Shown here: positions 25,820-37,301 of the stretch, piece after piece
Numbering within the stretch: the first letter of the stretch is position 1
Layout of the letters: each line of letters begins with the position of its first letter
Source of the DNA: Malacoraja senta
Taxonomy: Eukaryota
Assembly: GCA_038087875.1 (NCBI GenBank)
Contig: CM075989.1
Span: 4,836,001 to 4,900,000 of the forward strand
Direction of reading: 5' to 3'
DNA: 64,000 bases
The notes under the pieces: generated by a model
Told to the model about the DNA's origin: nothing
The model's input: only the letters and a program-made list of their open reading frames with translations
Database searches by the model: none
Made by a program: the position numbers and the translations under genes

Positions 25820-27230
25820 GGCTGTCGGGAGATACAGCGGGATATCGATAAGTTGCACAGATGGGTGGATTGAGTTTAACCTGTGTAAGTGTGAGGTGTT
25901 GCATGTTGGGTGGTTGAATGTAAGGAGAGAGTATATAATGGCAAGACCCTTAACAGCATTGATGAGCAGAGGCGATCTTGGAGTCCAAGTTCATAGCTCA
26001 TGAAAGGTGTCAGCATAAGTAGATATAGTAGTAAAGAAGGCATATTCTATGCTGGCCTTCATTGCTTGGGGAATTGACTGTAAGACGCAGGAAGCCATGA
26101 TGCAGGTCTATTGGACTGAATGAAAGCTATGCAAAAGTGGCCTAATTCTTATCATCATTACCTTTTTGCATATCTTTCATTCTGGTCGAGACCGTTCTTC
26201 AGACTGAGCGTCGGGGAAAGGGAAACGAGAGATATAGACGGTGATATAGAGAGATTTAGAACAAATGAATTAAAGATATGTAAAAATGGCCTGTGTCCTT
26301 TATCTTTTTTTTTGCATATTTTTCATTCATTTGTTCGATATCTCTATATATGTCTATATTTCTCGTTTCCCTTTCCTCAGAGTCTGATGAAGGTTCTCGA
26401 CCCAAAAACGTCACCTATACCTTTTCTCCAGAGATGCTGTCCGACCCGTTGAGTTACTCCAGCTTTTGGTGTCTATCTTCGACTGTGATAAATAGTTGGC
26501 CTGTGATTAGCACTGAGGATTTTATCTGTTCCTTTTCTGTTTGGGGACTGAGGTCGATACATTTTGCACAGGAAAGATTTAGAGGGATATGGGCTGAATG
26601 CGAGCAGATGGGACTAGTGTAGATGGGACAGATTGATTGCCATGGGCAAGTTGGGCCGAAGGACCTGTTTCTGTGCTGTATGACTCGCTGGCCGTTTATA
26701 GGTAATTAGGTGATGAAGCAGAAAATTGTAACAATTGCCAAGCTGGAAAGCTGGCAAGATATCAAGCTGGAAAGTGTACAGAGAAGATTTACAAGGATGT
26801 TGCAAGAACTAGAGGGTCTGAGCTATAGAGAGAGGTTGAGTATGCTGGGTCTCTATTCCTTGGAGCATAAGGGGTGATCTTATAGAGGTATATAATTCAT
26901 GATAAGAATAGATTGGGTAGATACATAGAGTCTCTTGCACAGAGTAGGTGAATCACGGATCAGAGAACATAGGTTTAAGGTGAAGGGGAAAAGATTTGAT
27001 CGGAATCTGAGGGGTAACATTTTCACGCAGTGTTCTGGTTGTATGGAACAAGCTGCCAGAGGAGGTAGTTGAGGCTGGGACTATACCAAATGTTAAGTAA
27101 CAATTAGACAGGTACGTGGATAGGACAGGTTTGGAGGGATATGTGCCAAACGCAGGCAGGTGAGACTAGTGTAGCTGGGACGTTGGCCAGTGTGGGTAAG
27201 TTGAGCCGAAGGGCCTGTTTCTAGACTATG
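25820..27230 (+). mobile_element. Degenerate CR1 LINE 3' region, interrupted by a Penelope-derived inverted repeat (~26125-26480)
   Basis: FN..KCEVLH.G, RGDLGVQVHSS, ERV..RFTRML, and a CR1 tail. Confidence 0.75.
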
Positions 27231-27278
27231 ACACAATACTTTATTTCTGTTACTTTATATTTTATTTGTGTTCTGCAG

Positions 27279-27401
27279 TTGAAATATCACCAAGTTGTGC
27301 AGTTAGATCAAGCCTGTCTGCCAGTGGCCTAATGGCACTCACTCAGTCACCATTGTTGTGCACTGGGAGAACACCAGTGAAGAGAAAAGCTGGCACCAAA
27401 G
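27279..27401 (+). CDS. TICRR: Treslin penultimate exon
   Basis: [29 protein letters not shown] resembles human [29 protein letters not shown]. Strong pyrimidine tract plus CAG. Confidence 0.93.
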
Positions 27402-28286
27402 GTAAATATGATATGGGAATTGGATTTTAACTTGTGTATGTATTGTACATCTAATTGAGATTAATTTCAACTGAACTAAAAGAAGACTAGTTTCATTTAG
27501 GACAAAATTCCATATTTTCCATTTAGCATCTTTCCTGCGTGCCTGTGTTTTACGCTGTAATTCCCTGGGATAGAGAATTCCATTCAGGTATGACCTACAT
27601 GAAGTTCATCCCCATGTGCATCAGTGGCTGTCTTATTATGAAACTATATGCCCCTTGTTTTGGCTTCATGCAGGTGGGGAACCATCATTCATTAAGCTGC
27701 TACTCAACTAAACCCCTTCACAATTTCTCCTTCCTATAAACTCCAATGACTATTGACTCAAACCTTTCTCAGAAGACAACTCTTCATTGGGAATCCACCT
27801 TGTGAACACACTCTTCATGACCTACAAAGCGAGTCGGTCCCTCCTTGATTAAAGAGACAAAACTAGTACAGGCACTCCCAAACTAGTATAATAAGCGAGT
27901 GATGTAAACTCGCACTTTCGTAAACAATTCACCATAGGGGGCCCCGTTTCCTGAATCGCCTTTATTGCAATGGGAGGATGGTGAGGACTTCCTGTCCACT
28001 TCATAGATATAAACACGTTGCCCGGTCTCAGTGTGACACTGGGAAGGCAGTGGAGAGCAACTCCCGGTCAAGTCACCGACATCTTCTACAGGATGCACCA
28101 GCGGGCCCTTTACGAGATGCAGCTGTTGTCACGGCTCACATTGTAGCCCATGGTTGACAGTGTTTTCTTCAGGCTGCCAACACCGACAGGATGCTCTCGG
28201 ATAACGTGGGGCTCCTGCCCCTCTTGCGATTCACTGTGAAGGTCCTTCCCAGGTTTGACTTCCCAAAATGCAACCCCTCATACTTA

Positions 28287-30082
28287 CAGTGCCCTCCATA
28301 ATGTTTGGGACAAAGACCCATCATTTATTTATTTTCCTCTGCTCCACAATTTGAGATTTGTAATAGAAAAAAATCACGTGGTTAAGTGCACTTTGTCAGA
28401 TTTTATTAAAGGGTATTTTTATACATTTTGGTTTCACCATGTAGAAATTACAGCTGTGTTTATACATCGTCCCCTCATTTCAGGGCACCATATTTTTAGG
28501 GACAAATGGCTTCACAGGTGGTTGTAATTGCTCAGGTGTGTTTAAATGCCTCCTTAATGCAGGTATAAGAGAGCTCTCAGCACCTAGTCTTTCCACCAGT
28601 GTTTCCATCACCTTTGGAAACTTTTATTGCTGTTTATCAACATGCGGACCAATAAGTTGTGCCAATGAAAGTCAAAGGATCTATTATGAGATTGAGAAAC
28701 TAGAATAAAACTGTTAGAGATATCAGCCAAACCTTAGGCTTACTGAAATGAACTGTTTGGAACATCATTAAGAAGAAAGAGAGCACTTATGAGCTTACTA
28801 ATTGCAAAGGGACTGGCAGGCCTAGGAAGACCTCCACAGCTGTTGACAGAAGAATTCTCTCTATAATAAAGAAAAATCCCCAAACACCTGTCTGACAGAT
28901 CAGAAACACTCTTCAGGAGTCAAGTGTGGATTTGTCAATGGCCACTGTCCGCAGAAGACTTCATGAACACAAATACAGAGGCTACACTGCAAGTTGCAAA
29001 AAGTCGGTGGGGGGGTGTTGCAAGCCGGCTGCCCTGCCAGCAGCGTGTTCGTTTTTTCTACTTTTTTTGTTTTTTTATTATGTCCTAATGTGTGTTTTTA
29101 TTGTTTCTTGGTGTGTCTTGTGTGTGGGGGGTAAGGGGGAAACCGCTTCGGTCGCCTCCTCCATGGAGAGGCAACTTTTTCCATGTCGCCTCCCTCGCGG
29201 CCTAACACAAAGGATCGGTGCGGCCTTTCCCGGAGGTGCACCCGGGGCTTCAGCAGCGGGCGCAGCGTAGACTTTTTCATCGCTGAGCGGGCGAGCCCTC
29301 GCCAGGGGGTCGCCGGAAGGGAGCGCTCCGTTTGCTGGCCTGCGGCCGTGGTCTGCGGAGCTCCAGCTGGCGCGGCGTCTGGAGCCTGGGATCCCTCGTT
29401 GGGGACCCCGGAGGAGAAGAGCTCGGACCGCCGGCCCGTGGCCTACATCATCCAAAAGCCGCGGAATGCGGTGCTTCCAACTGGCGCGCCGTCCGGAGCC
29501 TGGGATCCCTCGTTGGGGACCACGGAGGAGAAGAGCTCTGGCCCGCGGCTTACTTCTAACCGCGGGCGCGGCGGGGACTTACCATCCAGAGCGGGATCCC
29601 TCGCCGGGGATCGTTGGAGAAGAGCTCCGACCGCCAGCCCTGCGGTCTGCGGTGCTTCTAACTGCGGCGTGGCAGGGGCTTTAGATCTTCAACTGCCGGC
29701 CTGCGGCCTACACCATCTTGAAGCCGCGGCCTCCGATAGGGAAGCACCGATTCGGGACTTACCTTGACTGCACATCTGGCCGCCCGCAGCGGTGACTGCG
29801 GAGGGTTGTGATCCCGACCACGAGGGAAAATGGAGGAGGACTGACTAAACTTTGTGCCTTCCACCACAGTGATGAATGCTGTGGTGGATGTTTGTGTTCA
29901 ATTTTTATTGTGTATTGGTGTTTTTTTATTGTACCGCTGCTGGCAAGTTCATTTCACTGCACTTTATCGTGCACGTGACAAATAAATCTGACTTGACTGA
30001 GTTGACTTGGTTAGCTGCTAAAATAGGATGGCCAGGTTACAGTTTGCCAAGAAGTACTTAAAAGAGCAATCACAGTTCTGGA
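28287..30082 (+). mobile_element. Tc1 left half (duplicated copy), interrupted by a GC-rich element
   Basis: TA|CAGTGCCCTCC left TIR. The transposase 5' part ends at the duplication junction. Confidence 0.88.
29001..30006 (+). mobile_element. ~1-kb GC/CpG-rich non-autonomous retroelement with a Rex1/L2-like tail
   Basis: Interrupts the Tc1 ORF. Ends TTTCACTGCAC...GTGACAAATAAA plus a microsatellite. Relatives at 31807-32813 and ~38567-39377. Confidence 0.72.
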
Positions 30083-30084
30083 AG

Positions 30085-30207
30085 TTGAAATATCACCAAG
30101 TTGTGCAGTTAGATCAAGCCTGTCTGCCAGTGGCCTAATGGCACTCACTCAGTCACCATTGTTGTGCACTGGGAGAACACCAGTGAAGAGAAAAGCTGGC
30201 ACCAAAG
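30085..30207 (+). other. TICRR: Identical duplicate of the TICRR penultimate exon inside a tandem duplication
   Basis: Same 123 nt and donor as 27279-27401. It is preceded by a junction-derived AG (TTCTGGAAG) without a pyrimidine tract. Confidence 0.85.
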
Positions 30208-31806
30208 GTAAATATGATATGGGAATTGGATTTTAACTTGTGTATGTATTGTACATCTAATTGAGATTAATTTCAACTGAACTAAAAGAAGACTAGTTTC
30301 ATTTAGGACAAAATTCCATATTTTCCATTTAGCATCTTTCCTGCGTGCCTGTGTTTTACGCTGTAATTCCCTGGGATAGAGAATTCCATTCAGGTATGAC
30401 CTACATGAAGTTCATCCCCATGTGCATCAGTGGCTGTCTTATTATGAAACTATATGCCCCTTGTTTTGGCTTCATGCAGGTGGGGAACCATCATTCATTA
30501 AGCTGCTACTCAACTAAACCCCTTCACAATTTCTCCTTCCTATAAACTCCAATGACTATTGACTCAAACCTTTCTCAGAAGACAACTCTTCATTGGGAAT
30601 CCACCTTGTGAACACACTCTTCATGACCTACAAAGCGAGTCGGTCCCTCCTTGATTAAAGAGACAAAACTAGTACAGGCACTCCCAAACTAGTATAATAA
30701 GCGAGTGATGTAAACTCGCACTTTCGTAAACAATTCACCATAGGGGGCCCCGTTTCCTGAATCGCCTTTATTGCAATGGGAGGATGGTGAGGACTTCCTG
30801 TCCACTTCATAGATATAAACACGTTGCCCGGTCTCAGTGTGACACTGGGAAGGCAGTGGAGAGCAACTCCCGGTCAAGTCACCGACATCTTCTACAGGAT
30901 GCACCAGCGGGCCCTTTACGAGATGCAGCTGTTGTCACGGCTCACATTGTAGCCCATGGTTGACAGTGTTTTCTTCAGGCTGCCAACACCGACAGGATGC
31001 TCTCGGATAACGTGGGGCTCCTGCCCCTCTTGCGATTCACTGTGAAGGTCCTTCCCAGGTTTGACTTCCCAAAATGCAACCCCTCATACTTACAGTGCCC
31101 TCCATAATGTTTGGGACAAAGACCCATCATTTATTTATTTTCCTCTGCTCCACAATTTGAGATTTGTAATAGAAAAAAATCACGTGGTTAAGTGCACTTT
31201 GTCAGATTTTATTAAAGGGTATTTTTATACATTTTGGTTTCACCATGTAGAAATTACAGCTGTGTTTATACATCGTCCCCTCATTTCAGGGCACCATATT
31301 TTTAGGGACAAATGGCTTCACAGGTGGTTGTAATTGCTCAGGTGTGTTTAAATGCCTCCTTAATGCAGGTATAAGAGAGCTCTCAGCACCTAGTCTTTCC
31401 ACCAGTGTTTCCATCACCTTTGGAAACTTTTATTGCTGTTTATCAACATGCGGACCAATAAGTTGTGCCAATGAAAGTCAAAGGATCTATTATGAGATTG
31501 AGAAACTAGAATAAAACTGTTAGAGATATCAGCCAAACCTTAGGCTTACTGAAATGAACTGTTTGGAACATCATTAAGAAGAAAGAGAGCACTTATGAGC
31601 TTACTAATTGCAAAGGGACTGGCAGGCCTAGGAAGACCTCCACAGCTGTTGACAGAAGAATTCTCTCTATAATAAAGAAAAATCCCCAAACACCTGTCTG
31701 ACAGATCAGAAACACTCTTCAGGAGTCAAGTGTGGATTTGTCAATGGCCACTGTCCGCAGAAGACTTCATGAACACAAATACAGAGGCTACACTGCAAGT
31801 TGCAAA

Positions 31807-32813
31807 AAGTCGGTGGGGGGGTGTTGCAAGCCGGCTGCCCTGCCAGCAGCGTGTTCGTTTTTTCTACTTTTTTTGTTTTTTTATTATGTCCTAATGTGTG
31901 TTTTTTATTGTTTCTTGGTGTGTCTTGTGTGTGGGGGGTAAGGGGGAAACCGCTTCGGTCGCCTCCTCCATGGAGAGGCAACTTTTTCCATGTCGCCTCC
32001 CTCGCGGCCTAACACAAAGGATCGGTGCGGCCTTTCCCGGAGGTGCACCCGGGGCTTCAGCAGCGGGCGCAGCGTAGACTTTTTCATCGCTGAGCGGGCG
32101 AGCCCTCGCCAGGGGGTCGCCGGAAGGGAGCGCTCCGTTTGCTGGCCTGCGGCCGTGGTCTGCGGAGCTCCAGCTGGCGCGGCGTCTGGAGCCTGGGATC
32201 CCTCGTTGGGGACCCCGGAGGAGAAGAGCTCGGACCGCCGGCCCGTGGCCTACATCATCCAGAAGCCGCGGAATGCGGTGCTTCCAACTGGCGCGCCGTC
32301 CGGAGCCTGGGATCCCTCGTTGGGGACCACGGAGGAGAAGAGCTCCGGCCCGCGGCTTACTTCTAACCGCGGGCGCGGCGGGGACTTACCATCCAGAGCG
32401 GGATCCCTCGCCGGGGATCGTTGGAGAAGAGCTCCGACCGCCAGCCCTGCGGTCTGCGGTGCTTCTAACTGCGGCGTGGCGGGGACTTTAGATCTTCAAC
32501 TGCCGGCCTGCGGCCTACACCATCTTGAAGCCGCGGCCTCCGATAGGGAAGCACCGATTCGGGACTTACCTTGACTGCACATCTGGCCGCCCGCAGCGGT
32601 GACTGCGGAGGGTTGTGATCCCGACCACGAGGGAAAATGGAGGAGGACTGACTAAACTTTGTGCCTTCCACCACAGTGATGAATGCTGTGGTGGATGTTT
32701 GTGTTCAATTTTTATTGTGTATTGGTGTTTTTTTATTGTACCGCTGCTGGCAAGTTCATTTCACTGCACTTTATCGTGCACGTGACAAATAAATCTGACT
32801 TGACTGAGTTGAC
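31807..32813 (+). mobile_element. GC-rich non-autonomous retroelement (duplicated copy)
   Basis: Near-identical to 29001-30006. Confidence 0.72.
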
Positions 32814-33169
32814 TTGGTTAGCTGCTAAAATAGGATGGCCAGGTTACAGTTTGCCAAGAAGTACTTAAAAGAGCAATCACAGTTCTGGAAAAAAGTTCTT
32901 ATGGACAGATGAGACAAAGATCACCTTATACAGAGCTGCCAAGTAGTAAGGATTTTCTGCATTTTGTACGGAAATACGATTAGAATACGGATGTACGATT
33001 TTGTGTTGTGAAATATGGATTTTAAAAATATGGAGTTCAGCTCAGTCTGAAGAAGGGTCTCGACCAGAAACGTCACCCATTCCTTCTCTCCAGAGTCGCT
33101 GCCTGTCCCGCTCCAGGTTTAAACAGAGCACTGTCAGTTTAACGCGTGGGAATTTAAATAATATAATAA

Positions 33170-33600
33170 TAATATCTTTTATTGTCATTGCACAGAGGTA
33201 CAACGAGATTTGGTATGCAGCTTCCATCCGATGTAATAACTTAATTAACTAAAAATTTAGACACCCAGAGAAACATGATTTTTTTTTTTAAACAGTTAAA
33301 ACAGTATAAAGTTCAAATAGGTCTGTGCCGGCTCAATGTGCGACGTCACCATCCGAGGAAGACAGTTCATTGTGGGGGGGGGGGGGGGGGCACTCAGCAG
33401 GGCCGGTTCAGAGCAGCTATAGCTCTGGGGATGAAGTTGTTCCTAAGTCTGGAGGTGCGGGCGTAGAAGGCCTTGTAACGTCTGCTGGATGGTAGGAGTT
33501 CGAACAAACTATTGCAAGGGTGTGAGGAGTCTTTGTGAATGCTGATGGCCTTCCTGAGGCACTGTGTATTGTAGATGCCCTCCAAGGCTGGTAGCTGTGT
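33170..33600 (-). mobile_element. Rex1/L2-type LINE 3' fragment
   Basis: CLRKAISIHKDSSHPCNSLFELLPSSRRYK...RLRNNFIPRAI. Confidence 0.78.
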
Positions 33601-33711
33601 CACTATTATCCCAATGAAGCGCTGTCGGCTATAGCGCTGTGGGTTCTAAATATAGCGCTACCGGCTGGAACGCCATGGGCTGTTCCAGCCGGTAGCGCTG
33701 GAACAGCCCAT

Positions 33712-34586
33712 GGTCGTGACCTCTCCCTCCCCCATCTTGCAGAGACTGAGCCACGCCCACGCTTCCGGGTTTATAGTCCCTCCCACCAGAAGGGGCGTGG
33801 CCTTAATGGCGTGATTGACAGGAGAGAGAGAATCACAACATTTTTTAAACAGTAATAACTCTTCTTTTTCATCGATGGGAAAAATCCTTGGCACCTGATG
33901 AGCGGAGGGGGACTCTGAGTAAGATGGCCAAAAATCACAGCCGTACATGGTAGCGTTTTTTTCCAAAATCAATATAAAGCGCAAACAGGGTCAAGATTAG
34001 ACTTTTAATTATATAGAAGGCAAGGCAGCTCGCTTTAGCACTTTCAAAACCAAAGGCAAGGCAGCTCACTTTAGCACTTTCAAAACCAAAGGCAAAGCAG
34101 CTCACTTTAGCACTTTCAAAACCAAAGGCAAGGCAGCTTGCTTAAGCACTTTCAAAACCAAATGCAACACAGCTTTAGCACTTTCAAACCAAAACACATT
34201 TTTGCATTTTCAAACCACATTAAGGGCACTGACAGGTCAGTAAAACCACTCACAGTTTAGTATACATGTGTTCAGTGTTATTCACAGCTCAGACTGAGAA
34301 TTGCGACCTCTCGTTCCCCCATCTTGCAGAGAACTGAGGCACCTCCACACTGCCAGGTTTTATAGTCCCTCCGGAAGGGGCGTGGCCTGCAGGAGAGAGA
34401 ATCTCAACATTTTTTAAACACTAATAACTTTTATTTTTCATTGATGGGAAAAATCCTCTTGTCCTGCGCAGCAGAGGGGGGCTCTGAGTAAGATGGCCAA
34501 AAATCGCAGCTGTAAGTGGCAGCGTTTTTTCTAAAATCAATATACAGAACAGGAAGTGGTCAAGATCAGACTTTTAGTAATATAGA
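33712..34586 (-). mobile_element. 3'-truncated non-autonomous Helitron (same family as 41690-43094)
   Basis: Minus-strand start A|TCTATATTACTAAAAGTCTGATCTTG, a second internal 5' module at ~34018, and a 36-bp minisatellite. Confidence 0.78.
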
Positions 34587-34671
34587 TAACTTTTTTTCAG
34601 TAAAATGGCACTGCGTAAAAATACTCAGGTACAAGAATACTGAAATGCTCTGACAAAACTTGGCAGCTCTG

Positions 34672-34800
34672 CTTCTTCTTGCTTATGGCGTGCACAGCCT
34701 AAAGTTGTTGGACAACTTGTTCTATTTGATTGTGCACGCCGGGTTGATTGCATTTGTCGAAACAGGGCGGACCACGTGAAGGTTGCAATATCCCACCCCA
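34672..34800 (-). mobile_element. Short retroposon fragment with (AAG)n tail
   Basis: Second copy at ~50038-50180 with the same two ends. Confidence 0.6.
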
Positions 34801-35654
34801 GCTTATATCAGAGTGATGGCAAAAGCAAAGTATGGAGGAGAGAAGGAACTGCCCAAGATCCAAAGCATACCTCCTCATCTGTGAAACAGTGGTGGGGGTG
34901 TTATGGTCTGGGCATGTATCGCTGTTGAAGGTACTGGCTCACTTATCTTCATTGATGATGCAACTGCTGATGGTAGTAGCATAATGAATTCTGAAGTGTA
35001 TAGACACATCCTATCTGCTCAAGTTCAAACAAATGCTTCAAAACAAATTGACCAGCAGTTCATTCTACAACAAGACAATGATCCCAAACATACTGCTAAA
35101 GCAACAAAGGAGTTTTTCAAAAGTTAAAAATGGTCAATTCTTGAGTGGCCAAGTCAATCACCCGATCTGAACCCAATTGAGCATGCCTTTTATTTGCTGA
35201 AGAGAAAACTGAAGGGGCCTAGTCCCCAAAACAAGCATAAGCTAAAGATGGCTGCAATGCAGGCCCGGCAGAGCATCACCAGAGCAGACACCCAGCAACT
35301 GGTGATGTCCATCAATCGCATGCAAAGGATATACAACAAAATACTAAACATGACTACTTTCATTTACATTACATTGCTGTGTCCCAAAAATGGTGCCCTG
35401 AAATGGCAGGACTATGTATAAACACTGCTGTAATTTCTACATGGTGAAACCAAAATGTATAAAAATGGCCTTTTTTTAAATCTGACAATGTGCACTTTAA
35501 CCACATGTGATTTTTTTCTATTACAAATTTCAAATTGTGGCGTACAGAGGCAAATCTATAAATGATGGGTCTTTGTCCCAAACTATCTGCATTAAACTTG
35601 CAATTCCTTAGACCACTTACCCAGCTGATCAAGATCCTGCTATAGTGCTTGATA

Positions 35655-36410
35655 ATGAATGAATAAGTATATTGGCCAAGTATTCACATATAAGGAATTT
35701 GCCTTAGTGTTCCTCCCGCAAGTGACAACATGACATACAGTGACAGTTAGGAATGATACATTAAACATTAAACATTAATAATGAAACATTATTGATTAAA
35801 CATGTGAATTAAATTAAATACCAGAGCAAAAGGAGGCTACAGATTTTTGGTTATTGAGTAGAGCTGCTCGTGGAAAAAAGCTGTTTTTATGTCTGGCTGT
35901 GGCAGCTTTGACGGTCTGGAGTCGCCTTCCAGAGGGAAGTGATTCAAAGAGTTTGTGGCCAGGGTGAGAGGGGTCAGTGATGATCTTGCCCGCTCGCTTC
36001 CTGGCCCTTGCAGTGTACAGTTCGTCAATGGAGGGAAGGTTGCAGCCCATAACCTTCTCAGCTGATCGGACGATTTGCTGCAGCCTCCGGATGTCATGCT
36101 TGGTGGCTGAGCCAAACCAGACCATGATGGAGAAGGTGAGGACAGACTCGACGATGGCCGTATAGAATTGGACCATCATTGCCTGTGGCAGATTGTGCTT
36201 CCTCAGCTGCCGCAGGAAGTACATCCTCTGTTGTGCCTTTTTGACTGTGGAGTCGATGGTGGCCCCCCCCATTTAAGGTTCTTGTAGATGATGGTTCCTA
36301 AGAACTTAAAAGACTCCACAGATGTGACCGTGGTGTTGTTGATCGTGAGTAGGGTGAGGGGAGGGGGAGCACTCCAAAAGTCTACTATCAATTCCACTGT
36401 CTTAAAAGCA
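35655..36410 (-). mobile_element. Rex1/L2-type LINE 3' fragment
   Basis: VESFKFLGT..., KKAQQRMYFLRQLRK, DPSHPGHKLFESLPSGRR. Confidence 0.85.
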
Positions 36411-37158
36411 TTCTTAATCCTATTCACTCGCTACAATACCACATATTTTGGTGTCTTCTACAAACTTACTGCCCATGGCTTGTACATTCTCATCCAAATT
36501 GTTGATATAGATAACAAGCAACAATGGAGTTAGTCATGGGCCTCCAAAATCTTTCCATCATCCGCTTCCTACCATCAAACCAACTGTGTCCAATTAGCTA
36601 CTTTCTAACTTTCCAAGGCAGCCTACCATGCGGAGCCTTTTCAAATACCTCACTGAAGTTCATTTAGACTACATCTACCGCTCTGCTGCAATCAACCTGA
36701 GTTACTTCAAACAACAATCCAATTCATGAGATATGATCTCCCACGTATGCTGGCTATTATTAATCAGCACTTGTTCTTCCAAATGCATGAATTCTCTCCT
36801 TGACTTACCACAGATGTGTCATCCTTGAAGTTGTTTTAATTGCTGGTATACAATTTGAGCAGTCATCAAATTTCCGTTGCCTTTTCCAAGTGGCATTGTC
36901 TACATTTGTTTTGTAATTCTTTGACCTGAAGGGCAACTCAAACTAATTTCTACCCTTCCCTCAGCTGGTGAATGCTTGTGAATGTAAAAGGTGGTGACTT
37001 GTTTCTGAGTCTGTCAACCTATTTTTTTTACTATAGTAAATTAAAAAAAACAAAAGCAAAATGAGAAACGGCCTGGGATTTTAGAACATGTAATTTCTAC
37101 TTTGCTTGGCACATTTAGAATTGTGAAACTAATGTTCGTCACTTTGAATTGTTCACAG

Positions 37159-37301
37159 ATACAGTGTGTGAAGCATTGCAAACTGACAACTCGCCTTGCA
37201 AGAGATTGGCCAGCGACATTGACCAAGATAATTCTCCTTTCGCCAAAATGCCTGTTCGCCGCTGCATCACAAAGACATACTCCAGGAAAAAAAACTACTA
37301 A
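37159..37301 (+). CDS. TICRR: Treslin last coding exon
   Basis: DNSPFAKMPVRRCITKTYSRKK resembles human [23 protein letters not shown]. As read, the stop TAA is at 37299-37301; an alternative TAG at 37325-37327 applies if the A-run is mis-sized. Confidence 0.88.

Larger units (their letters stand above)
27277..32889 (+). repeat. Direct tandem duplication, two units of ~2806 bp (27277-30082 and 30083-32889)
   Basis: The sequence and ORF track repeat with an offset of 2806-2807. Confidence 0.95.
32931..34671. mobile_element. Non-autonomous TIR transposon (hAT-like termini) with 14-bp TIRs and an apparent 6-bp TSD
   Basis: CAGAGCTGCCAAGT ... ACTTGGCAGCTCTG, with CTTATA at 32925-32930 and 34802-34807. 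Confidence 0.7.
31093..35589 (+). mobile_element. Tc1 element (same family as 4648-6166) fragmented by nested insertions
   Basis: Left TIR at 31093. Transposase pieces at ~31450-31806, 32814-32930 and 34802-35330. Right TIR degraded at its tip. Confidence 0.9.

Noticed and set aside
29183..29767. 194-aa ORF (and twin at 31990-32574; 170-aa ORF at 38624)
   Set aside because: It lies in a GC-rich repeat with few stops and has no recognisable domain. The frames are not evidently preserved in the diverged copy.
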